From a virus: a stretch of 64,000 bases of DNA. This document shows positions 37,274 through 45,891 of the stretch, in pieces (position 1 is the first letter of the stretch; every line of letters starts with the position of its first letter). The notes under the pieces are model-generated. The model searched no databases. It was given only the letters and a program-made list of their open reading frames with translations, and was not told the DNA's origin. The DNA is taken from positions 15,470 to 79,469 of IMG/VR virus record IMGVR_UViG_3300031949_000350; one strand, written 5' to 3'. A program made the translations under genes and the position numbers.

Positions 37274-38214
37274 TGCTTGGAGAATGTATCGAGGATGAAC
37301 TGAATCACCTCATCCTTGGGGTGGCGGTTGTCCTCGCGGTAGGAGTCCGCGAAGAAGCTGGTTACGATCTCATACGCCGGCCAGTAGTAGACGCCAGTCT
37401 GATTCATTCGCATCACCTCATCTACCGACGCCCTAAGAATCGCCTTAGAGACGCTGTTGGCCGTGATGCACGAGACTGGCCGGAAGGTAGCGTTGAGAGG
37501 CACCGGAGACAAAGTGAAGATGATCTTTGCGTTCGGGTTATACTTCTGTACGAGCCTGACGACCTTGACCAGATTGCCGCGGTTCTCCTCTACCGTGCTC
37601 ACACGGAAGCCGTGGATGAGCGGGTCGTAGTTCTCCTTCGGAATGGTCCGCCAGAACACATTCCATGTCCTTTTGTCATACCAAACTTCAGACAACCCTA
37701 GAGTCAAGATAAACACATCCGTCTTGTCGAAGATCGTCTTAGTTGCAAGGCGCATCTCTTCGGTAGGAGTGATGAGGTTCACACCCTTGTCATGCCACAA
37801 TCCGTCGAAGTGCGCATTCTCCCAGGCCCACTTGAACTGCTGAAGAATGGCGAACGTGGTGCTGATGGCCTCCCCGTTATTAATGATAGGTAGAGGCTGA
37901 TGATCCTCGATGTCGTGTGTGAGAATCGAACGGCCTTTGAGGTGCTTACGGATGTATTGAGCGAAGCAGCTACCGAACGCGGTCACGTTCGTGCCCGGTC
38001 CAATCAGCGGTGCCTCGGGGAGCCATCCATGAAGGACGTACTTCTCTATCGCGCCCTCCTCAGTCAGATTCAACTTAGACGGGATGAAGTTCATCGTTTC
38101 ACCGCGAAACCATTCCTTGGCCGTGGTACGCTTGCCATCCTCGCCTATCTTGTAGACTAGATCATCGTTCATTACGTTCGGCTTGCCGTCTTTGATCCTA
38201 AGCAGTGACATCAC
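37258..38214 (-). CDS. GSCFA-domain protein (SGNH-like, putative polysaccharide-modifying)
   Basis: FGSCFAQ, LTLGLSEVW, TLSPVPL, SKAILR, YWPAYEIV, DNRH. Confidence 0.88.
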   Translation of the reverse strand: MMSLLRIKDGKPNVMNDDLVYKIGEDGKRTTAKEWFRGETMNFIPSKLNLTEEGAIEKYVLHGWLPEAPLIGPGTNVTAFGSCFAQYIRKHLKGRSILTHDIEDHQPLPIINNGEAISTTFAILQQFKWAWENAHFDGLWHDKGVNLITPTEEMRLATKTIFDKTDVFILTLGLSEVWYDKRTWNVFWRTIPKENYDPLIHGFRVSTVEENRGNLVKVVRLVQKYNPNAKIIFTLSPVPLNATFRPVSCITANSVSKAILRASVDEVMRMNQTGVYYWPAYEIVTSFFADSYREDNRHPKDEVIQFILDTFSKHYVAV

Positions 38215-38930
38215 ATACCTCTATGGACTAGCGCCCGCACATGGCTTGGCACGATCTCCGCGCCGCACATCTGAGTAGCGTATCGCCGTAACACCGTCTC
38301 CGGGTGCAACCATCCCAGCCCTGTGAGCCCGTCTCCGTGAGAGTCCTCGATCTCAGCGAGGTACTCGGGTAAGTTCCCCCAGATGCCGGTGACCTTGCGC
38401 ATGATCTCCGCAGGCCCCCAGAAGCATTGATCACTCATCAGAGTAGCGCCTTCAGCGAAAATATGTCTACGGTCACAGCCAATTTGATTAGGCTGCATCT
38501 CCTTGAAGCCCACCTCGAATCCTTTTGGGAACCGCTGGTCCACCCGGCATTTGATGATGTAGTCAAAGTCCAATCCTACAAGCTTTGTCGCAAGAGTCAT
38601 CAGCAAGAACATCCGTAGAGTGGACTGGCGGTTATTCTTGACCTTGGGTTGCTCTGTGATCTCTCCGCCCACAATCTTCTTCCTAAGATCAATCAGATCA
38701 GGCTTCAGCCTCCCGTAATTCAGCCAAAACAGATACTCGTGATCCTTGAATGCTTCAGGAAATACAAGCGCCTGCCGCCGTGGCTTGAATGCCTCCAAGG
38801 CTTTCCAAGCCAGTGGCTCCCTCCACGTCGCCAGGAAGTAGACCGGGTTCAAATGCGCGAAGTTCTCCTTCAGGGCTTCGTAACCACCGTAGGATCGTGC
38901 CTGCCCGGATAGACAAACTGCTACCTTCAT
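38211..38930 (-). CDS. Putative glycosyltransferase-like protein
   Basis: KVAVCLSGQAR, FDYIIKCRVD, SDQCFWG, HPET; type found in glycan clusters. Confidence 0.55.
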   Translation of the reverse strand: MKVAVCLSGQARSYGGYEALKENFAHLNPVYFLATWREPLAWKALEAFKPRRQALVFPEAFKDHEYLFWLNYGRLKPDLIDLRKKIVGGEITEQPKVKNNRQSTLRMFLLMTLATKLVGLDFDYIIKCRVDQRFPKGFEVGFKEMQPNQIGCDRRHIFAEGATLMSDQCFWGPAEIMRKVTGIWGNLPEYLAEIEDSHGDGLTGLGWLHPETVLRRYATQMCGAEIVPSHVRALVHRGM

Positions 38931-39766
38931 CGCTGAAACCGCTTGGAGGGCTGGTCCTTGGCGGGTTCAATGGGATACTCCGGGGACACCCAAGTCTTGA
39001 AGAATTCCCAGTTGTCTTGGATGGACTTCGGCATCTCGTCCTTCACGCCGTCCGTCCACACATTGGGAGCGCCATACTTGTCGTCCCGGTAGTACATACT
39101 GTACTCATTGGGCTGAAGACCTTCAAGGACTTCCTTCGTGACGTTGCGGTAGTGCATGAAATTGGCTAGCTTATACTTCACCCTATCTGTACCTCCCATG
39201 AACGTGAAGTGGTAACCGTAGGGCTCCTCATTGAACAAAGTGAGATAATCTCGCTTCGTAGGAGGGCATAGGAATCTGGCGTCACCATCGAGACGACTGA
39301 AGCGGAACACCTCATACGGGAACGCGGGGAACTCCCAATCAAGGTAGTTTCGGAATTGCCGCAGATAGAGGCGGACTTGCTTGGGGCGAGTCTTCAGATG
39401 CTCCATCAGCCGGGGCCAGTGGCGACGGTCCACAATTTCATCAAGGTCATTGTGGACACAGTAATCATAGTTCCGCATCCACTCCGGGTGCCGGAGGAGC
39501 GGCCAATACTGCTGAATGTTCTGATTCGCTCGGGTATCCCCCCAGAAGAGCGAGTCCGACATGTCAAACGGCATGTACTGGATCTTGCCCATGTACGGCT
39601 TGAACACCTCAGCATTCTCCAAGAAGAAGTAAGGCTTCTCGCGCTTGGCGTAGGTGTGGGCCGCTTCTGAAATTACAAATCTATCCACAAAATCCCAATG
39701 TTCTTCGATGTGGACCTTCAGAAGTTCCACCTCATTGAAGAATGTCAGTAGCTCAATGATTTTCAT
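38927..39766 (-). CDS. GT17-like glycosyltransferase
   Basis: FFNEVELL, VDRFVISEA..T..K, NDLDEI, GYHFTFMGG..KL.NF.H. Confidence 0.8.
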   Translation of the reverse strand: MKIIELLTFFNEVELLKVHIEEHWDFVDRFVISEAAHTYAKREKPYFFLENAEVFKPYMGKIQYMPFDMSDSLFWGDTRANQNIQQYWPLLRHPEWMRNYDYCVHNDLDEIVDRRHWPRLMEHLKTRPKQVRLYLRQFRNYLDWEFPAFPYEVFRFSRLDGDARFLCPPTKRDYLTLFNEEPYGYHFTFMGGTDRVKYKLANFMHYRNVTKEVLEGLQPNEYSMYYRDDKYGAPNVWTDGVKDEMPKSIQDNWEFFKTWVSPEYPIEPAKDQPSKRFQR

Positions 39767-40479
39767 CTCTTGTCTCCCACGAAAGCGGCCAGATCTTCGG
39801 GCGTACCAAGCCCGATCATCCTGAAAGGATAGAAGGCCGTCACAAGATCGCCCTTTGCGATGGCCTCATTATAGACAGGTGCGTTATAATACTCACCGTT
39901 GACCCGAAGTCCCTTGGACATCATCTTGTCCGCGGCCTCGACATAGTCGCTCCAGTGTGCCCAATAATACACTCCAACAGTCGCGATCTCGCTGATAGGG
40001 CGCTTCTCTGCGACCTCAACCACGCGGCCGTTCTCGATTCTGGCGTAGCTCCACTTGGGGTGGGAGACAGGACCGAAGCACCAAATACAATGACCCCGGT
40101 TCTCCGAGAGATGAAGCTCCCAAAGACCGGGGGCGTATTCGATCAATTGATCACAATTTGTAACAATTATCGGCACCTCGGGAGCGATGCGATCCCTGGC
40201 CTGGATGATGGTTCCCACCGCGCCGTCCGAGTGAGGAACGACCGGGATGCAGCGGCCCTCAATGTCCATCTTGGAGATGAGGAGTTCCATGCGGGCCTGA
40301 TGCTGAGGCTTGACAAGATAGGTGAAGTATCCAGACAGCGGCCGAAGGTTCTCGGTCACCACTTGGATCATGGGCTTGTTGTCTAGGACTGGAAGGAAGG
40401 GCTTATCAAGCTTATAGCCAGCGTCCTTGAAGCGCTGACCTTCTCCCGCCATAGGTATGATCACTTCGCAATGCGACAT
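39763..40479 (-). CDS. Sugar nucleotidyltransferase (GT-A fold)
   Basis: IIPMAGEGQRF..GY..DKP, NCDQ, HPKWSY, EKRPIS..ATVG, LGTPEDL. Confidence 0.85.
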   Translation of the reverse strand: MSHCEVIIPMAGEGQRFKDAGYKLDKPFLPVLDNKPMIQVVTENLRPLSGYFTYLVKPQHQARMELLISKMDIEGRCIPVVPHSDGAVGTIIQARDRIAPEVPIIVTNCDQLIEYAPGLWELHLSENRGHCIWCFGPVSHPKWSYARIENGRVVEVAEKRPISEIATVGVYYWAHWSDYVEAADKMMSKGLRVNGEYYNAPVYNEAIAKGDLVTAFYPFRMIGLGTPEDLAAFVGDKR

Positions 40480-41072
40480 CTCAACATCTCCCAGTTTACC
40501 TTATCTACACCGCTCACCGCTACCACGATGGCACCGGAAGCCTTAGCTGCCTTGATACCGACCTCACTATCTTCAACAATGATAGTCTCGAACGGCTTAG
40601 CGCCGAGAACCTCCATCGCCTTCAGATAGCCTTCCGGGTCGGGCTTAGGCCGCTCAACGTCCTCATTAGAAATGATTAGATCAACATGCTGCCACACCCC
40701 GATCAGGCGGAGCAAATGTTCAACAGTCTCACGCACAGCGTTCGAGACGACAGCGATCTTGAGCTTTCGGTCCTTGATGTGCTTGAACAAGTTGGTCTTG
40801 ACTTGATCATGATGGAACATAGAGTTCGCACAGCGGATCGTCATCTCCTGCTTGATGCGACAGATCTCAGGAATGTCCTCTTCCTTGATGTGTCCCAATC
40901 CCACCAGCATGTTCAGCTTGACTTTGGTCGGGCGGCCCTCATACAGATGGAAGTCTGAAGCCGGGATCTCATACCCGGACACCGCTATGAGCGCAAAGTT
41001 TAGCGCGCGTCTGTGAAGCTCACAAGCATCCACCAGCACACCATCTAGATCGAACAGGATCGCTTTGCTCAT
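40461..41072 (-). CDS. HAD-family phosphatase
   Basis: FDLDGVLVD, VSN, KPDPEGY, EDSEVGI. Confidence 0.9.
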   Translation of the reverse strand: MSKAILFDLDGVLVDACELHRRALNFALIAVSGYEIPASDFHLYEGRPTKVKLNMLVGLGHIKEEDIPEICRIKQEMTIRCANSMFHHDQVKTNLFKHIKDRKLKIAVVSNAVRETVEHLLRLIGVWQHVDLIISNEDVERPKPDPEGYLKAMEVLGAKPFETIIVEDSEVGIKAAKASGAIVVAVSGVDKVNWEMLRCRIAK

Positions 41073-41073
41073 G

Positions 41074-41334
41074 CTAGACCTCCCGACAAACGACCCCGTA
41101 GATGCCAACTGAATTGTTGTATTTCTTGATGTCATCTTCGGTAGGCTGAAGATGATTCTTGAACATCAGTAGGAACAAGCTCTGCTGAGCTTCGATGTAG
41201 TTCGACAGCCTCTCACAATCCCAAGTGTATTGATCAATGTTCGGTGTGTCGTTCTGATGGCCGTGTTTGTGGTGAGCCTTGGCCTGCCCGCTCAGTAGGG
41301 AAATGAACAAGACCACGACGATCTTCCACTTCAT
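41074..41334 (-). CDS. Small secreted protein
   Basis: Signal peptide ending QAKA. Confidence 0.55.
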   Translation of the reverse strand: MKWKIVVVLFISLLSGQAKAHHKHGHQNDTPNIDQYTWDCERLSNYIEAQQSLFLLMFKNHLQPTEDDIKKYNNSVGIYGVVCREV

Positions 41335-44300
41335 CTAATCTCCAGACGAGAACGGTAGGGGTAGATCTCCCGCGTTGATGTGAAGGCCACGAGCCTTATT
41401 CATCTCACGAATCTGAAGTTCAGTGCGGACCTGACGGGCAATCTCGCGCTGATGATGGTTCTTGCTCTTGTTGGCTTCCCGGTACGCAGTCAGACGCATG
41501 AGAAGCTCCTCCTGAGTCACGCCCCGGAATGCGGACGACTCAGGCATACCCTTGATCATGTTCAGCACCCAATCCTCGAACTTCTTGTCCGCAGTCTCGG
41601 AGTTGGAGTACTCAGCGATGAAGCTATTCTTCACGGCAGCCAGCGAAGCACGAGTGCTAGCCTGATCGCCAGTGTTACGAATGGAGTCATAGATGTTATT
41701 CTCATAGACGCCGCGCATCTCATCGAACCGCCGGTTTCGCTCATTGTCCTTGCGATGCACATTGTTCGGTGAACCCTGAAAGCTCTTCGCGGAACCGAAG
41801 AAGTTGTTCATCCAGAAGTCCATAGTATGTTCGCCGGGCCGCTGCGAGTCAGGGTCATTCATGATCCCGAGGTCGGTGAACAAACGCCGGGCATTGATCG
41901 AATAGCCACCCAGAGTACCGGCCACACCGGCGCCAGCGGCGGTGCCCCACGGAACATTACCGAGAAGCGAGCCGGCCTTGGCAGCACCCTTAGCGTACTG
42001 CGCGTACTTAGCGCCGCCGAGAGCGGTCAGACCAAAGCCAGCAGCAGCACCCAAAGCCGCAGTGATCGACTTGTGGCTGATACCCTGATCGGTCAATTCA
42101 AGCTCACTAGGGTGACTGAGCAGGCTACCGTTCTTGGCATACGCCTCAACCAGATCAATCGGGTTCCCATCAGGGCCGCTGATTTTCATGCCGTACTTCT
42201 GCATCCACGGAGGAGCGAGGAAGGCGAGAAAGTTCAATGCAGTCTTGGACACGCCCTCGAACCCGCTGCGCGCATGAATGTCCTTGCCGAAGGAGTCCTT
42301 GCCGGAGATGATGTCAACCATCGGCATGACGATTGCGAACGGTTCAACCGGTGAGAGGTTGATCAGCGTGCGACTGCCCTCAATGCCCGTAGTGGGAACA
42401 TCGTCGCCGGGGTTGAGCTTAGCAAGCTCGTAATCAGAAGTCGTGGTAGGCGTCAGCGCCGTGAGCGGGAGGAAGTCCGCCATGTAAGCGCGAACTCGCT
42501 CATTCTCACGGGCAACATTCTGATCCTGCACTTCCTTTTGGCTGAGCCACTGGGAAGCAAGGCCCGCCCCGAGGCCGAGAGCGCCACCGATAGCCATGCC
42601 AGGAACACCGCCACCCATCATGCCGCCAGCCACGGCACCAGCCACAAGGCCCGCCGTAGGAGCCGGAGCAGCGCCGAGGCCAGCGGCGCCAATCGCCGCG
42701 CCCCCAAGTGCGCCCATAGGGCTACCCGTGGCGATAGTGCCAGCCACAGCACCAGCTAGTGCGCCACCGGCGCCACCGACCACGCCCTGAGCCGACTGCT
42801 CGCCAACCAGCACAGTGGACCACTTGTCACCCCACTTCGGAACAGTCTTCAGTGCGTCGTCATACTCTTGGAAGCTAGGGCCAAGACCAGCACCAGAGAC
42901 GATGCCCTGCGCAATGTCAGGAGCGTGCATCCAAGTGAACATGGACATGGGGTTGTCCATCAGATTGTTCTTGGTGATGCGCGAGGCTTCAGCCGAGAAC
43001 GTCATCCAAGGAAACCACAGCTTGCGGGCGCCCTTGGTCAAACTACCTACAGTCTGGTACTGCGGAAGGCGACGGCCAACCTCACGAAGAATGGCGTCAT
43101 CGCCCCAGCCCTTGCGGCGGAGGTGAAGCGCATATTGCATCTTGGGGATCATGTCCTCACCGAGATACGCAGCCGAAGCATTCTTCAGCACGTTCTCAAT
43201 GCCCGGGACATGACCTACGCCAGCGATAGCAGTAGCCGCAGCCTTGACCGCAGTAGCGCCGTGACCGGCTTCAGTTCGGCCGATGCGTTCAATCTGATCG
43301 ATCAGTTTCTCAGCGTGCTGAAGACCTTCCACCGAATCGAACCCCTGCTCCTCGATCAGTCCACGCATGGCGGGCGAGGAGAAGAACTCAGCGAGATCAA
43401 TGTCGCCGCCGTGGTTGTCCTTCATGATTCGCTCAACGCCCATATTGTCAAGAATCTTAGACACCGAAGGGAGATCGAACACGACACGCTCGATGCGGCC
43501 CACAGCCTCACGGCCGCCGCCGGTCGCGGCAGCCTGAAGGGTAGACCGGTGCTGTTTGGCAGCACGAATGAACAGTCGAGTGATCATCCGGGCGTCATGA
43601 GTAGCCTGCGACGAGAACGGGTTGTAGCCTGCCATCGCCAGGAACATGTAGTTGCCCACGATGTTGTTCATGTGGGTGGCGGGGTTCAGAGCCGTCATGC
43701 TCGTCTTATGGACAGTGGAGATAAGCTCAAAGAACTTGCCGAAGAGCGAGGCGGAGCTAGCCGCCGAATTCGGGTGTCGGCCCCACAGACTCTCCACGAA
43801 GTCCTTGGCGATACCACCCGGCATCATGGAATCTGTGACCTTCATTCCTTCACCGGCCATCTTGACATTGACCATTCGCTTCATGCGATCACTGAGCCCG
43901 GGAACCACTTCGTTAAGCTCATCGAACTTGAGCCAGTGGCGTGCCGCGCCGTCAGGCAATGCAGCCAAGTCGGTCTGAGAGATGAACTGATGAAGCGCGG
44001 CCTCATCCTTCTTGATGAAACCGGAAATCGAATCCCTGAACATACGGTGAACATTCGTCAAGAGTGTGTCACGAATAAGGCCACCGCGAAGGATCGACTC
44101 CGGGTTAGTGATCAGGCTATCGATGTCCTGCACCACTTCATCAGCCGTGGTGTACTTGACTCGCTGCTTCATGGTGGGGGGAGAGAGAAAGCGAGCAACG
44201 TCAGTCTGCACTTCGGTCGTGATACGCGGCGCACGGGCACCCTGAGCCAAACCCGAAGCGTACTCCGAGGTCATCGCCAGCGTGTCCGCATCGGGCGTCA

Positions 44301-45891
44301 TCTTCTTCAGAGCAGGAAGGTGGAATTCACTACCGACCTTATCCTTGTCCATGAAGAGCTTGTAGGTATCCTCTTCGATCATGCCCTCATCGAACTGGGA
44401 CTGGAAGAGTTCCTTGGCCTTGGTGCGATAACCTTCCACGAAGGTCATGGCCGGAGCACCGATATCCTTCGCGAGCGTAGCAGGATCACCCTGCCCCAGC
44501 CAATACTTGTAGATTGCCTTCTCGTGTTCAGGCTTGAGATCAATAGGCGCCGCTGCCAGCCACTTGTCAAGCCCGGCCTCCTTGAAGAAGGTGTGAAGAT
44601 TCTTGGCGCTGGCAGGCGTCATGGAGGTGAGCGTATCGTAGTAGGTATTGCGGAACTTCTCTTGGAACCACCACGAAGCCTTCTCGCGCGGGCTGGTAAG
44701 CTGATTACGCATGGCGCGCTTGCGGAGCGTGAGGTATGCCATCTCGTGGTGATCGCTGATCAGGATTTTGCGAAGCTCCTGCGGCGAGACGAGCTTGGCA
44801 ACGTCCTCGGGAGTCTTGGCAAGCTTGAGTGCTTCAACCGTGGACTCCTTGAAAAGCTGACGCCCCTCGTTATACTTGCCATAGGCAAGGTTCTTCACGA
44901 GGTTCGCGTGATCATCAAAGCGATAAGCGAGATTCGTACCGAGGAAGCCGCGGCCCTCAGCCTTGAAGCCGAACTTGCTGATGGTAGGCTTAAACATCAC
45001 CTGAGCCTCATCGATGGCCTGCATCGGATGAGGGGTGATGACCTGACCACCGAGCTTGGCGATCTCGTCGGCACGCTTAGCGACACGAGCACCCTTCATC
45101 CACGCCGCCCCAATCGGGAAGGCATAGGACGCTACGGTTAGCGCAGAGATGTACGGATGTTCAGTCAACTGCTGCTTCATGTTGTCGAAGCCGAACTTGA
45201 CGCCATCCTCATCCCACTTGATACCGGCAAGTGCCATGTCATCCGAGAACACGAAGTTCAGGGTATCACGGATCGCATCGACCGGCTTGAAGCTCTTGTG
45301 GACATACTCCGGCGGGATGACACTAGCATCGGTCGAGAAATACTGAACCTCGGGCTCCTGAGCGAGTGCCTTCCTCTCAGCAGTCTTCGCATCAGTACCG
45401 ATGTGGTTCTCGAAACTGCGGAGCGGGATGGGGACACCCTGCTCACGAAGATCAGCAATCGTCTCCTGCTGCGAGAGCAACTTGCGGTCCTGATAGACTT
45501 CCCTAGCCTTGGAGCTAAGCAACGCAACGTCGCCCCCCTGAAGATCAGGGGTGCCAGTAGGACTGAGCAGCGAATCAATGAGCGGGTCAGAATGTGCTTC
45601 TGCATCAGCATCAGTAGTCGAGGGGGCGCCCTGACCGGTGAGCGGGGCCGGAGGCGGGGGAGCCTGCTCAAGCTGACCGGTCTGGGAGTTCCATGACAGG
45701 CGGTGCCGGCTCAGCAGTCCCTCAAGAGGCTCATCAGCGGGCGGAGGAGTATACTTCGGGGGCTTCGCGAAAAGCTCAGGCGTCTCGACGGCCGGGTCAT
45801 GAAGAAGCTCATCCCCGGGAATGAACAGGCGGGGGGTATCCAGCTTGGCAGTCGAGGACTCGTCATCAGGAAGTAGCTTGGGAAGAGCCAT
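41335..45891 (-). CDS. Large internal virion/ejection protein
   Basis: 1518 aa, helical, glycine-zipper hydrophobic segments; last of three large genes after the tail gene. Confidence 0.6.
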   Translation of the reverse strand: MALPKLLPDDESSTAKLDTPRLFIPGDELLHDPAVETPELFAKPPKYTPPPADEPLEGLLSRHRLSWNSQTGQLEQAPPPPAPLTGQGAPSTTDADAEAHSDPLIDSLLSPTGTPDLQGGDVALLSSKAREVYQDRKLLSQQETIADLREQGVPIPLRSFENHIGTDAKTAERKALAQEPEVQYFSTDASVIPPEYVHKSFKPVDAIRDTLNFVFSDDMALAGIKWDEDGVKFGFDNMKQQLTEHPYISALTVASYAFPIGAAWMKGARVAKRADEIAKLGGQVITPHPMQAIDEAQVMFKPTISKFGFKAEGRGFLGTNLAYRFDDHANLVKNLAYGKYNEGRQLFKESTVEALKLAKTPEDVAKLVSPQELRKILISDHHEMAYLTLRKRAMRNQLTSPREKASWWFQEKFRNTYYDTLTSMTPASAKNLHTFFKEAGLDKWLAAAPIDLKPEHEKAIYKYWLGQGDPATLAKDIGAPAMTFVEGYRTKAKELFQSQFDEGMIEEDTYKLFMDKDKVGSEFHLPALKKMTPDADTLAMTSEYASGLAQGARAPRITTEVQTDVARFLSPPTMKQRVKYTTADEVVQDIDSLITNPESILRGGLIRDTLLTNVHRMFRDSISGFIKKDEAALHQFISQTDLAALPDGAARHWLKFDELNEVVPGLSDRMKRMVNVKMAGEGMKVTDSMMPGGIAKDFVESLWGRHPNSAASSASLFGKFFELISTVHKTSMTALNPATHMNNIVGNYMFLAMAGYNPFSSQATHDARMITRLFIRAAKQHRSTLQAAATGGGREAVGRIERVVFDLPSVSKILDNMGVERIMKDNHGGDIDLAEFFSSPAMRGLIEEQGFDSVEGLQHAEKLIDQIERIGRTEAGHGATAVKAAATAIAGVGHVPGIENVLKNASAAYLGEDMIPKMQYALHLRRKGWGDDAILREVGRRLPQYQTVGSLTKGARKLWFPWMTFSAEASRITKNNLMDNPMSMFTWMHAPDIAQGIVSGAGLGPSFQEYDDALKTVPKWGDKWSTVLVGEQSAQGVVGGAGGALAGAVAGTIATGSPMGALGGAAIGAAGLGAAPAPTAGLVAGAVAGGMMGGGVPGMAIGGALGLGAGLASQWLSQKEVQDQNVARENERVRAYMADFLPLTALTPTTTSDYELAKLNPGDDVPTTGIEGSRTLINLSPVEPFAIVMPMVDIISGKDSFGKDIHARSGFEGVSKTALNFLAFLAPPWMQKYGMKISGPDGNPIDLVEAYAKNGSLLSHPSELELTDQGISHKSITAALGAAAGFGLTALGGAKYAQYAKGAAKAGSLLGNVPWGTAAGAGVAGTLGGYSINARRLFTDLGIMNDPDSQRPGEHTMDFWMNNFFGSAKSFQGSPNNVHRKDNERNRRFDEMRGVYENNIYDSIRNTGDQASTRASLAAVKNSFIAEYSNSETADKKFEDWVLNMIKGMPESSAFRGVTQEELLMRLTAYREANKSKNHHQREIARQVRTELQIREMNKARGLHINAGDLPLPFSSGD

